From Spirochaetia bacterium (lineage in GTDB: Bacteria > Spirochaetota > Spirochaetia > SZUA-6 > Bin103), in the NCBI GenBank assembly GCA_965203905.1, contig CBDBDQ010000005.1, positions 7,392,001 to 7,456,000 on the forward strand: a stretch of DNA of 64,000 bases, written 5' to 3'. Under the pieces are notes generated by a model. It was not told where the DNA came from. It saw only the letters and a list, made by a program, of their open reading frames with translations, and searched no databases. Both the position numbers and the translations under genes were made by a program. Shown piece by piece: positions 46,402-55,630 of this stretch (position 1 is its first letter; each line of letters starts with the position of its first letter).

Positions 46402-48453
46402 ATGAGTACTGCCCGCAAGGCCCGGTATGCCGAGCTGGTCGCGCTGCTTCACCGCTACGACCACGACTACCATGTCCTGGCGCAGCCCGCGGTGAGTGAT
46501 CGGGATTACGACCGCCTGTTTGACGAGCTGCTACGTCTGGAGCGGGAACAGCCGGAGTTGCGGCAGCCCGACTCGCCCAGCGCCAGGGTGGGCTCCGACC
46601 TGAGCCTGGAGCTGCCCGAGGTCGCCCACACGGTGCCGGTTCTCAGCCTGGACAAGGCCTACACCGCCGCCGAGGTGCGCGCGTGGATGGAGAAGACCAG
46701 CGCTGCCGCCGGCCTGCCGCTGAGCTTCACGGTAGAGGAGAAGATCGACGGCTCCGCCATCGTCCTCTACTACGAGGAAGGCCGGCTGGTGCGCGCGGTT
46801 ACCCGCGGCAACGGCGTCGTGGGCAACGACGTCACGGCGAACGTACGCACCATCCGCACGGTACCGCTGCGCCTGCCGGAACCGCTCGAGGTCGCCGTGC
46901 GCGGGGAAATCTTCCTGCCTCTAAAAAAGTTTGCGCGGCTCAACGCGGACTCCGAGGTGACCTACGCCAACCCGCGCAACTTCGCCGCCGGCGCGGTACG
47001 GCGCGTGAAGAGCCGCGACGTGGCGGCCATTCCGCTCCGTCTGATAGCCTACGAGGGCACGTTCTCCACCGACCCGCCCGCCGATCACGCCACCGCGATG
47101 GATCGGCTGCAGGCGCTGGGCTTTCCCGTCAACCGCAGCAACCGGCTGCTGGTGCCGGCGGAGCTGCAGGAGGCGGAGCGGGGCCGCCATCCCGCCTGGA
47201 CAATGGCTTCCCTGGAGGAGCTGCCGGCGGTGTTGCGGGAGGCGGGCGAGCGGCGCGCCTCGCTGGACTACGAGATCGACGGCGTCGTGATCAAGGTCAA
47301 CGCGCTGGACGCGCGCACCGCCCTCGGGGTCACCGGACACCATCCGCGCTGGGCGCAGGCGTTCAAGTTCGACGCCCCGCAGGGGGAAACCACCGTGCAG
47401 GCGATCGGCGTGCAGGTGGGGCGCACCGGGCGTATCACCCCGGTGGCGCGGGTGGCGCCGGTGATGATCGCGGGCACGACCGTCGCCAACGTGACGCTGC
47501 ACAACCAGGACTACGTCGACACCCTGGAGCTCGCCCTCGGCGACCGGGTCACGGTGTCGAAGCGGGGCGACGTGATACCGGCGGTGGAGCGGGTGCTGGA
47601 CAAGAACGAGCAGGGCAACACCACCTGGCGGCTGCCCGACCGGTGCCCCACGTGCGACACGCCGCTGGAGCTGATCGGAGCGCATCACTTCTGTCCCAAC
47701 CAGCGCTGCCGGGACCAGGTGCGGGGCCGTATCCGCTTCTTCGCGGCGCGCGGGCAGATGGACATCGACCACCTCGGAACCGAGACCCTGGACCGGCTGA
47801 TCGACGCCGGCGTGCTCAAGGACGTGGACGACATCTTCAGCTTCGACGTGGAGCGCCTGCAGGAATGGGAGGGGTTCGGCGAGCGCAAGGTGGCGCTGCT
47901 CAAGGAGGGCATCGAACGCAGCCGGGGACGGCCCTTCCACACCGTGCTGCCTGCGCTGGGCATGCCGGAGATAGGGCCCAAGGTAACGGAGTTGCTGATC
48001 GAGGCCGGCTACTACGACATCGACCGCCTCCTGGAGGTGGCCAGGGCGGGCGACGCCGAGCGGCTGACCGCCATCGACGGAATCGGCGAAAAGACCGCAG
48101 CCGTCATCATCGCGCAGCTCACCGATGGCGCCAACCGGCGCCGCATCGGTGAGCTGCGCCTGGCCGGCCTGCGCTTCGCCGCCGACCCGCCGGCACCGCG
48201 GCCGGCGGGGGAGGACGCGGGACCGTTCAGCGGGCAGACCTGGTGCGTTACCGGCAGCTTCGCCCGGTTTCGCCCGCGCGATCTGGCGGCGCAGGCGATC
48301 AAGGAGCGGGGGGGACGGGTGACCGCGGGCGTCACCTCCCGCACCAGCCACCTGCTGGCCGGTCGCGCCGCCGGCGGCAAGCTGGCCAAGGCCGAGCGCC
48401 TCGGCGTCACGGTGGTATCCGAGGAGGAGTTCCTGCGCCTGCTGGAGGCCTAA
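46402..48453 (+). CDS. ligA: NAD-dependent DNA ligase
   Basis: SD..YD, EKIDG, TRGNG..G, NPRNFAAG, EIDGVVIK, GRTGRITP, Cys4 Zn finger, BRCT. Confidence 0.97.
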   Translation: MSTARKARYAELVALLHRYDHDYHVLAQPAVSDRDYDRLFDELLRLEREQPELRQPDSPSARVGSDLSLELPEVAHTVPVLSLDKAYTAAEVRAWMEKTSAAAGLPLSFTVEEKIDGSAIVLYYEEGRLVRAVTRGNGVVGNDVTANVRTIRTVPLRLPEPLEVAVRGEIFLPLKKFARLNADSEVTYANPRNFAAGAVRRVKSRDVAAIPLRLIAYEGTFSTDPPADHATAMDRLQALGFPVNRSNRLLVPAELQEAERGRHPAWTMASLEELPAVLREAGERRASLDYEIDGVVIKVNALDARTALGVTGHHPRWAQAFKFDAPQGETTVQAIGVQVGRTGRITPVARVAPVMIAGTTVANVTLHNQDYVDTLELALGDRVTVSKRGDVIPAVERVLDKNEQGNTTWRLPDRCPTCDTPLELIGAHHFCPNQRCRDQVRGRIRFFAARGQMDIDHLGTETLDRLIDAGVLKDVDDIFSFDVERLQEWEGFGERKVALLKEGIERSRGRPFHTVLPALGMPEIGPKVTELLIEAGYYDIDRLLEVARAGDAERLTAIDGIGEKTAAVIIAQLTDGANRRRIGELRLAGLRFAADPPAPRPAGEDAGPFSGQTWCVTGSFARFRPRDLAAQAIKERGGRVTAGVTSRTSHLLAGRAAGGKLAKAERLGVTVVSEEEFLRLLEA

Positions 48454-48459
48454 CCCCGG

Positions 48460-49656
48460 CTAACTGCCCCCCGCGACGAGCTGGATCAGACCGCGGCGGC
48501 CGTTGATCAGCCACTCCGGGTCCCGTTGCGCCAGCTCCGCGGCCCGGTCCGGCGCGAGGCCGGTCTGGATCTCGCTCTTGAGCGTGCGCAGGATCAGTGC
48601 CGGCGCCGGCAGGTAGTCGACGATGGCGGCGGTATCCGCATGGTGCGGCCAGCGGCGGTCGGAGAGCAGGCGGCGGTAGTTCACGTCGCCCTTGAACAGC
48701 ACCAGGTCGGCCTGCGCCAGCGCGCCGGCGAGGTCGCGGGTCAGGTCGGGATAGTGGCGCGGTCCGTTCCAGAACCAGTGCGGCTGCACGCGCAGCCGCC
48801 CCTCCGCCAGGGCCCGGTCGAGGCGCCGCCCGATCGCCGCCGCCGGTGCGGGCTGCTCACGCAACAGCCCGAGCGTCGCGTGGACGTCGGCCGCGGTGGC
48901 GTCGGAGACGAAGAACGGCGCGTCCTTGACATGCAGCCGGACCTGGCGCGCAGCTCCGGCGAGCAGGTGGTCGACGAGCACCAGATCGCACGTCAGCTCG
49001 GCGCCGGCGTTGTCGGTGACGACATCCAGCCGGCGCGCTTCCCCCAGGCGCCGCTCGGCCGCGGCGGCGTGGTCGATGACCAGCTCGCCAGCTCCCGCCG
49101 CGGCGATCACCGTGCCCGCGCCGCCGCGGTCGATCTCGTAGTTGGACAGGTCCACCCGATTGCCCCACAGCGCGGAGCGCAGCAGCACCGGCAGCGGTGC
49201 GGCGGCGAGCGCGGCGGCCAGCGGCGGAGCACTGCGGTCCAGCTCGGCGGCCTTCAAGGCGGCGAACGGATCGCGCGCGTAGCCGGGAGCGGCCGGTTCG
49301 TAGTACCCGGTGGCGGTAAGCACCCGCAGGTAGAAACAGGCCTCCGCCTCATACCAGGGCAGGTCGAGCCACCCTGACCCCAGCAACGGCCGCAGCGCCT
49401 GCTGCCACGCCTGCCGCTCCCCGGGTATCAGCCGCGGCCCGCGGCCGCCGGCCCACGGATCGGTCAGCCGCCCGCTGCGAATCTCCTCTGCCAGGCGCCG
49501 CAACTCGGGTTCGCAGCCGGGCGCAAGCTCGCCGCTCGCGATCAGGTCGCCGATAATGGAATGCTTGCGCTGCACGATGGTGCGGCGCGCGAAGGAACCG
49601 GGGGTTCCGGTCCACAGCGGCGGCGGGACGGTCGGGGTGGTCGCGTCCGGTTTCAT
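48460..49656 (-). CDS. Damage-control phosphatase, ARMT1/DUF89 family
   Basis: LWGNRVDLS, DNAGAEL..D, K..PFFVSD, FKGDVNYRRL..DR.W, RTLKS. Confidence 0.88.
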   Translation of the reverse strand: MKPDATTPTVPPPLWTGTPGSFARRTIVQRKHSIIGDLIASGELAPGCEPELRRLAEEIRSGRLTDPWAGGRGPRLIPGERQAWQQALRPLLGSGWLDLPWYEAEACFYLRVLTATGYYEPAAPGYARDPFAALKAAELDRSAPPLAAALAAAPLPVLLRSALWGNRVDLSNYEIDRGGAGTVIAAAGAGELVIDHAAAAERRLGEARRLDVVTDNAGAELTCDLVLVDHLLAGAARQVRLHVKDAPFFVSDATAADVHATLGLLREQPAPAAAIGRRLDRALAEGRLRVQPHWFWNGPRHYPDLTRDLAGALAQADLVLFKGDVNYRRLLSDRRWPHHADTAAIVDYLPAPALILRTLKSEIQTGLAPDRAAELAQRDPEWLINGRRGLIQLVAGGS

Positions 49657-49688
49657 CGCCGCGGGCAATCCGATAGGGTTACGCGGCC

Positions 49689-51086
49689 ATGACGACCTGG
49701 GAGGCGCCGGTGCTGGCGATCGATGTCGGCACCTCGGTAGTCAAGTGCGGCCTGGTGGCGGCGGACGGCTCGACCGCCGTAGCCGCGCAGCCCATCGCCG
49801 CGTCCGTTACGGCGGGCGGCGCTCACGAGGTGGATGCCGAGGAGTGGGTACGCGCCATCGCCCGCAGCGTGGCGACCCTGGGTGCTCCGAGTGCGCTGGC
49901 AGCGGTGGTGGTGACCGGCAACGGACCGACCGTCGTGGCGGCGGGAGCGGACGCGCGCCCGCTGCACCCGGCCATCACCTGGCTGGACCGGCGCAGCGGG
50001 CACGAGGCGCGGCTGATCGCGGAACGCACGGGCCGCCCGCAGGAGGCCGGCTTCTTCCTGTCCAAGATCTTCTGGGTATACCGTCACGCACCGCTACTGT
50101 ACCGGCAGACCCACGGCTTCGTCTCCGGCCCGGAATACGTGGAGCTGCGCCTTACCGGCCACTGGCACACCAACCTGCCGGCCCCGGAGTTCCGGCGCTT
50201 CTACTGGGACACCCGGCTGGTGGAGGAGCTGGGCATGGATCCCGCGAAGCTGCCGCCGTTCGTCGCCACCGGGACTCCGGTGGGCAGCACCGCGCGATCC
50301 GCAGGCGCCGAGTTCGGGATCCCGCAGGGGGTGCCGGTATACGCCGGGGCCCCCGATTTCGTCATGGCGCTGTTGGGCACCGGAACCGTGGCCGCGGGCG
50401 AGACCTGCAACCGCTCCGGCAGCTCGGACGGCGTCAACCACTGCACCGGGCAGGCGGTCCGCGACCCGCGCCTGCTGTGTCTGCCGCATGTCGTCGAGGG
50501 TCTGTTCAACGTGGGCGGCGTGATCTCCACCACCGGCAAGGCGCTGGAGTGGTTCGCGCAGCTGGTGCACGACGACGGGGAGCTGTTCCGGCGCGCGGCG
50601 CAGACGCCGGCGGGCGCCGGCGGGCTGCTGTTCCTGCCGTATCTCGCGGGCGAACGTACCCCGCTGTGGCGCGACGACGTCCGCGCGGTGTTCAGCGGCC
50701 TGGGCCTGGAGCACGGGCGCCTGGAACTGGCGCGGGCGGTGCTGGAAGGGGTGGGCTACGCGCTGCGCGACAGCGTCAGCCTGATCGAGGCACACGGCGG
50801 CCGGGTGGATGCCATCCGTCTCGCCGGTGCCCGCGGCGGCGCCCGCTGGCTCAATCAGGTCAAGGCGGACATCCTGGGACGGCGGCTGCTGGTTCCCGCG
50901 GTGTTGGACGCCGAGCTCATCGGCTGCGCCTGCGTCGCCTCCCAGGCTCTGGGAGTGGATCCCAGTCTTGCTGCCGCGGCCAGGCGCCTGGTGCGGGTGG
51001 TGGATACCGTCGTCCCGCGGACCGAGCACGCGGCACGTTACGAGGAGGGGTTCGCCCGCTACCGGCGGGAGCAGGCGCGGCTGTGA
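49689..51086 (+). CDS. FGGY-family carbohydrate kinase (xylulokinase-like)
   Basis: AIDVGTS..K, ITWLDRR, LFLPYLAGERTP, RAVLEGV, QVKADILG. Confidence 0.88.
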   Translation: MTTWEAPVLAIDVGTSVVKCGLVAADGSTAVAAQPIAASVTAGGAHEVDAEEWVRAIARSVATLGAPSALAAVVVTGNGPTVVAAGADARPLHPAITWLDRRSGHEARLIAERTGRPQEAGFFLSKIFWVYRHAPLLYRQTHGFVSGPEYVELRLTGHWHTNLPAPEFRRFYWDTRLVEELGMDPAKLPPFVATGTPVGSTARSAGAEFGIPQGVPVYAGAPDFVMALLGTGTVAAGETCNRSGSSDGVNHCTGQAVRDPRLLCLPHVVEGLFNVGGVISTTGKALEWFAQLVHDDGELFRRAAQTPAGAGGLLFLPYLAGERTPLWRDDVRAVFSGLGLEHGRLELARAVLEGVGYALRDSVSLIEAHGGRVDAIRLAGARGGARWLNQVKADILGRRLLVPAVLDAELIGCACVASQALGVDPSLAAAARRLVRVVDTVVPRTEHAARYEEGFARYRREQARL

Positions 51087-51180
51087 CGGGCCGCCGCCGG
51101 CGGCCGCAGGACGCGGCAGGCAGTTGCAGCCCGCTGTAGAACGGCGGCCGGCCGCGGCCGGGCGCAGCCGCCGGGCGCAG

Positions 51181-51774
51181 CTACCTGGTGCCGGGACCGA
51201 ACATGCTGCTCAATTCCTGCTTGACCTGCTGCAGCACGTTGCCGTAGCGGTCCTCCAGCAGCGCCATCTGCTGTCGCAGGAGCTGAACGTACTCCGGGTC
51301 GGTGGCGGGATCGATCCGTACCCGACTGCCGGTGCGGCGCGCCAGCTCCTCCTCCTTCTGCTGCAGGCGCGGGCCGTACTGGCGGTCGACGTTCTGCTTG
51401 AGCTGCTGGCGTTCCTGGAAGTACTCGGTAAAGAACTGCTCGAGCTGCTGGCTCATGATGCGCAGCCGGCGCTGGTCGCGGAGAATGGCGGAGAATCCCT
51501 CCATGGCGCGCCGATTGCGCTTGAGCCCGTACTCGTCGCTGGGCAGCGCCAGGTTGGAGCTGAGGGCTTCGAACACCCCTTCACTCACCCAGTTGCGCTC
51601 CTTGCCGGAGTGCTCCCGCACCTTGCGGGCCAGAGAGAATTCAGGATCGTTCAGGAACTGCGGTACCAGCTTCTTGCCGGCGGTGATGAAGCCGCTTGCC
51701 AGCAGGTTCTCGGGATCGGCCTGCACGTCCTTGGTGCGTTCCAGGGCGATCTCCAGGGACGACTTGATGCTCAT
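51181..51774 (-). CDS. Conserved hypothetical helical protein (DUF6657-like)
   Basis: N-terminal IKSSLEIALERT motif, coiled-coil C-terminus, GGAGTGAGGAG SD; family name from recall. Confidence 0.7.
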   Translation of the reverse strand: MSIKSSLEIALERTKDVQADPENLLASGFITAGKKLVPQFLNDPEFSLARKVREHSGKERNWVSEGVFEALSSNLALPSDEYGLKRNRRAMEGFSAILRDQRRLRIMSQQLEQFFTEYFQERQQLKQNVDRQYGPRLQQKEEELARRTGSRVRIDPATDPEYVQLLRQQMALLEDRYGNVLQQVKQELSSMFGPGTR

Positions 51775-51858
51775 GGGAACTCCTCACTCCGTCACGGCGG
51801 CGTCGATCCGGCAACCGCGGTTGCCCGGCCTGCCGCCGCCTGCTTCTCCACCCTGCCG

Positions 51859-52476
51859 CTACCCTATCGGCTCACTGCCACTCCCGCCAGGACCAGCACT
51901 ACCCGCCAGAACCAGGTCGACGGCCACGTCGTGGGCCGCGCGCGGCACCCGCTCCACCACCTGCTCCGGCATGCACACCCCGACCAGCAGGGCGGTCGCG
52001 CACCGGCGGCGAATCTCCACCAGTGTCCGGTCGTAATGGCCGCCGCCCCAGCCGAGGCGACCTCCGGCGGCGTCGAACGCCGCCCCCGGCACCAGCACCG
52101 CCGTCGCCGGCGGCAGTCGGTCCAACTCCAGCGACGGTGCCGTGGCCGGCGGCTCCGCCACCCCGCGGTAGCCGCTCCGTAACCCGGAAAGCGTCTGCAC
52201 CCGGTGGAAGCGAAGCTGCATGCCGGCGACTCGCGGCAACCAAACCGCCTTTTCGGCGGCGAAAGCCGCGGCCAGCACCGGCGCCGTGGCGGGCTCCCGG
52301 CCGGTAGCGGCGAACCCCAACAGCCAGTCCAGCCCGTGCCACTCCCGGCGCGCGGCAAGCGCCGCGAGCAACGCTCGGCCGGCGCCAACGAACCGATCCG
52401 CGGGGATTCGATGCAGGCGTTGCCGCATCGACGCCCGCAGGGCGCGCTTCTCAGCGTCGATGCGGCAACCGGAAAT
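51859..52476 (-). CDS. ygfA: 5-formyltetrahydrofolate cyclo-ligase (start uncertain: ATT 52476 or ATG 52428)
   Basis: EKRALR..MR, EP, VWLPR, VPGAAFD..G.RLGWGGGHYDR, HDV.VD. Confidence 0.88.
   Translation of the reverse strand: MSGCRIDAEKRALRASMRQRLHRIPADRFVGAGRALLAALAARREWHGLDWLLGFAATGREPATAPVLAAAFAAEKAVWLPRVAGMQLRFHRVQTLSGLRSGYRGVAEPPATAPSLELDRLPPATAVLVPGAAFDAAGGRLGWGGGHYDRTLVEIRRRCATALLVGVCMPEQVVERVPRAAHDVAVDLVLAGSAGPGGSGSEPIG
52419..52469. repeat. Perfect 16-bp inverted repeat with 19-nt loop at the 5' end of ygfA
   Basis: GTTGCCGCATCGACGC (52419-52434) / GCGTCGATGCGGCAAC (52454-52469). Confidence 0.85.
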
Positions 52477-52478
52477 TG

Positions 52479-52551
52479 TCGGGCTGGGCGGACTTGAACC
52501 GCCGACCCCACGCCCCCCAGACGTGTACGCTACCAACTGCGCCACAGCCCG
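52479..52551 (-). tRNA. tRNA-Pro (GGG)
   Basis: CGGGCTG/CAGCCCG acceptor, CACGT-CTGGGGG-GCGTG anticodon arm, TTCAAGT T-loop; followed by CAA rather than CCA. Confidence 0.95.
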
Positions 52552-52562
52552 ATTGCACCGCG

Positions 52563-52591
52563 AATGTAGCACCCGAGGTAGCGCCGGTCAA
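52563..52591 (-). promoter_or_regulatory. sigma70 promoter for tRNA-Pro-ygfA
   Basis: TTGACC-17 nt-TACATT with extended -10 TG, 11 nt upstream of the tRNA. Confidence 0.7.
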
Positions 52592-52660
52592 CGCAGCCGC
52601 GACCGAGTCGACTGTGGCTGCCAGCCAGCGCCACCTGAACCTCGGAGCGGCCGGGTCGCG

Positions 52661-53122
52661 TCATCGGTCGGCCTCGGGGGGCGGCAGAAACTCGCGGAAC
52701 TCGTACTCCACCCGGCCATCGTCGGCCACGGCCATGCTCGCGTGGCCGTGGCGCACCATCTCATCCAGGGTGCGCTCCGACTCCGCTATCGACAGGGGGC
52801 TGTCCAGGGCCACGATTGCGGCCGTGACCCGTCCGTGGTGGCCGCGCGCGATGCGCAGCACTTCCTTCTGCGGGTCCGGCAACGCCGGTTCCGCCGGACG
52901 CGGCCGGGCGCCCAACCGACGCAGCGACAGGAACGCCTGCACCGCCGGCAGCACCCCCGCGAAGGCGAGCGGGAAGATCCAGAACCAGCCGCCGTGAAAC
53001 AACAGCAGGGCGCCGAACACCGCACTGAAGGTGAGCCCGCTGGCGAGCTGGCCCTCCGCGTGCTTGCGCTTCTTTCGGCTGCGCTTGCCTGCGTGCTCCT
53101 CCGCGTCGTCTCGGGGCGCCAC
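52661..53122 (-). CDS. Membrane protein with two TM helices and C-terminal winged-helix-like domain
   Basis: GTG 53122 lies 6 nt after TATGCT; C-terminus similar to that of 63066..63557; the upstream part of the track ORF is an alternative frame of argG. Confidence 0.75.
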   Translation of the reverse strand: MAPRDDAEEHAGKRSRKKRKHAEGQLASGLTFSAVFGALLLFHGGWFWIFPLAFAGVLPAVQAFLSLRRLGARPRPAEPALPDPQKEVLRIARGHHGRVTAAIVALDSPLSIAESERTLDEMVRHGHASMAVADDGRVEYEFREFLPPPEADR

Positions 53123-53193
53123 GGCTATAGCATAATACGCCCGGTCGGGCGGCGACCATCGAGCCGCCGGGAGCTGGTCACGTGCTGAGGTCG

Positions 53194-54402
53194 CTACTCC
53201 GGTTGCCGGCTGAGTGCGCGCACCTGTTCGGGGAGCCCGTACAGGTTGATGAAGCCGCTGGCGTCGGCGTGGTCGTAGCTGCCGGCGGCGAACGAAGCCA
53301 GATCGTGCCGGTACAGGCCGTGCGGCGACTCCCGGCCGGTGACGGTGAGGTTCCCCTTGTACAGCGCCAGGGTGACCGACCCGGTCACCACCCGGCACAG
53401 CCGCTCGCAGAACGCTTCCAGGGCGCTCCGCAACGGGGTGAACCACTTGCCGTTGTACACCAGGGCGGCGTACCGCAACGCCAGCTCCTGCTTGGCGTGC
53501 AGGGCGTCGGCGTCCAGGTTCAACGCCTCCAGCTCGCGCAGCGCGGTCCACAGAATGGTACCACCCGGAGTCTCGTACACGCCGCGGCTCTTCATCCCGA
53601 CCAGCCTCGACTCCACCAGGTCGGCGCGGCCGATGGCGTTGGCGCCGCCGATCCGGTTCAGCTTCGCCAGCAGGTCCACCGGCTCCAGGCGCTCGCCATC
53701 GACCGCCACGGGCATGGCGGCTTCGAACCCGATCGTGACCTCGGTCTCGCGGTCGGGAGCTTCGCACGGTGCCACCGAGCGCTGGAACAGTGCCGCGCGC
53801 GGCCGAATGGCGGGATCTTCCAGGTCGCCGCCCTCGTGGCTTATGTGCCAAAGGTTGGCGTCACGCGAGTAGATGTTGCGACGCGAGATTCCACCCAGGT
53901 CGATGCCGTGGCTGGCGGCATAGTCGATCGCCTGCTCGCGCGAGCGGATCTCCCACAGGCGCCAGGGAGCGATCACCGTGAGGTGCGGAGCCAACGCCCG
54001 ATAGGTCATCTCGAAGCGTACCTGGTCGTTGCCCTTGCCGGTGCAGCCGTGGGCGACGGCGTCGGCGTCTTCCGCCAGTGCCACCGCCACCTGGTGCTTG
54101 GCCTGCAGCGGGCGCGCGATCGAGGTGCCCAGCAGGTACTTGCCCTCGTACACCGCGCCCGAGCGCAGCAGGGGGAACAGGTACTCGGTCACGAACTCGT
54201 GGCGCAGGTCTCGCAGCTGGAGCTTGCTGGCCCCCGAGGCCTTGGCGCGCTGCTCCAGACCGCTCAGGTCCTCCTCCTGGCCAACGTCGGCACAGTACGC
54301 CACCACTTCCGCGCCGGGATAACGCTCCTTCAACCACGGGATGATGATCGACGTATCCAGACCTCCCGAATAGGCCAGGACGATCTTGCGCACCGCCGCC
54401 AT
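53194..54402 (-). CDS. argG: Argininosuccinate synthase
   Basis: LAYSGGLDTS, GTSIARP, HGCTGKGNDQVRFE, KSRGVYETPG. Confidence 0.98.
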   Translation of the reverse strand: MAAVRKIVLAYSGGLDTSIIIPWLKERYPGAEVVAYCADVGQEEDLSGLEQRAKASGASKLQLRDLRHEFVTEYLFPLLRSGAVYEGKYLLGTSIARPLQAKHQVAVALAEDADAVAHGCTGKGNDQVRFEMTYRALAPHLTVIAPWRLWEIRSREQAIDYAASHGIDLGGISRRNIYSRDANLWHISHEGGDLEDPAIRPRAALFQRSVAPCEAPDRETEVTIGFEAAMPVAVDGERLEPVDLLAKLNRIGGANAIGRADLVESRLVGMKSRGVYETPGGTILWTALRELEALNLDADALHAKQELALRYAALVYNGKWFTPLRSALEAFCERLCRVVTGSVTLALYKGNLTVTGRESPHGLYRHDLASFAAGSYDHADASGFINLYGLPEQVRALSRQPE

Positions 54403-54403
54403 G

Positions 54404-55630
54404 CTAAGCCCCGGCGAGCTTGCCGATCACCTCGGCGATGATCGCCAGCCCCTCATCGATCTCGGTTTCGCCGATGATCAGCGGCGGTGCCAGGCGCAGC
54501 ACGTCGTCACCGGAACGCAATGCCAACAGGCCCGCCTCGCGCAGGGCCGGCACCAGCTTGCCGATCGCGGGGGCGCCGTCGACCTCACCGGTCACGGTGA
54601 CGCCGGCGAGCAGGCCGGCACCCTTCACCGCGCCGAGCAGCGGGCTGCCGGCGGCGAGCCGCTGCAGCCCGGCGCTCAGATGACGCCCGCGGGCGGCGAC
54701 CGCGGCGGTGAACTCCGGCGCCGCCACGATGTCCCACACCAGGTTGCCGACGGCGCAGGTAACCGGGCCGCCACCGAAGGTGGTACCGTGGTCGCCGATG
54801 TGCAGCTCGGCGTTGATCGCCGCCGGTATCAGCGTCGCCGCCAGCGGCAGGCCGCCGCCCAGCGGCTTGGCCAGGGTGATCAGGTCCGGCTCCAGTCCCA
54901 CCAGGGAACTGGCGTACAGCTCGCCGGTGCGGCTCAGGCCGGTCTGCACCTCGTCCGCGATCAGCATGATCCGATGCCCGCGGCAGAGCTGGTTCAGGGT
55001 GGCGGCGAAGTCCCGGCTCATCAGGTCGAGGCCGCCCTCACCCTGCACCACTTCGACGATGACGGCGGCGAAGCTGTCGTCGAGCGCCGCGCGGGCGGCA
55101 TCCGCATCGCCGTAAGGCAGCGCCGTCACGCCGGGGATGAGCGGTGCGAACGGCTGCTGATACTTCTCGCTCGGCGTGCAGCTCAGCGCCCCCATGGTGC
55201 GGCCGTGAAAGCTGCCGCTGAAGCAGGCGATGCGATGCTTGTCCTCGTGGCCGCTGCGGTGCGCCAGCAAGCGTGCATACTTGAGCGCGGTCTCATTGGC
55301 CTCGGAGCCGCTGTTGGTGAACTGCACGTTGGCGATGCTCGCGCGCGGCGGAGCGGAAGCGATCAGCTTCTCCGCCAGCTCCAGGGCGGGCTCGGTGGCG
55401 TACAGGTTCGAGACGTGGACCAGCTTGCGCATCTGGGCGGCAGCCGCCGCGGCCAGGTCCTCACGCCCGTAGCCGAGCGCATTGACGGCGATGCCGGCGC
55501 CGAAGTCCAGGTAGGAGCGGCCCGCGACGTCCTGCACGCGGCAGCCCTGGCCGCGGTCGAGGACGAGCAGCTCCGGAGTAAAGACGCCGGGCATCGGGTG
55601 ATCGGTGACTAGCGCACCGTTGCGTTGCAT
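54404..55630 (-). CDS. argD: Acetylornithine aminotransferase (class III PLP)
   Basis: GIAVNALG, NSGSEANE, FHGRT, DEVQTGL.RTG, AKPLGGG, HGTTFGG; operon context. Confidence 0.92.
   Translation of the reverse strand: MQRNGALVTDHPMPGVFTPELLVLDRGQGCRVQDVAGRSYLDFGAGIAVNALGYGREDLAAAAAAQMRKLVHVSNLYATEPALELAEKLIASAPPRASIANVQFTNSGSEANETALKYARLLAHRSGHEDKHRIACFSGSFHGRTMGALSCTPSEKYQQPFAPLIPGVTALPYGDADAARAALDDSFAAVIVEVVQGEGGLDLMSRDFAATLNQLCRGHRIMLIADEVQTGLSRTGELYASSLVGLEPDLITLAKPLGGGLPLAATLIPAAINAELHIGDHGTTFGGGPVTCAVGNLVWDIVAAPEFTAAVAARGRHLSAGLQRLAAGSPLLGAVKGAGLLAGVTVTGEVDGAPAIGKLVPALREAGLLALRSGDDVLRLAPPLIIGETEIDEGLAIIAEVIGKLAGA

Noticed and set aside
51087-51180. GC-rich palindromic/repetitive spacer between the convergent FGGY and DUF6657-like genes as a REP element or terminator
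   Set aside because: Low-complexity GC sequence with no U-tract and no second copy noticed in the window
52552-52572. GTG start at 52572 given by the ORF track for ygfA
   Set aside because: It lies inside the predicted promoter, upstream of the expected TSS, so it would not be on that transcript
53123-53851. N-terminal 243 aa of track ORF 52661..53851
   Set aside because: Alternative frame overlapping argG; the protein-like part begins at GTG 53122
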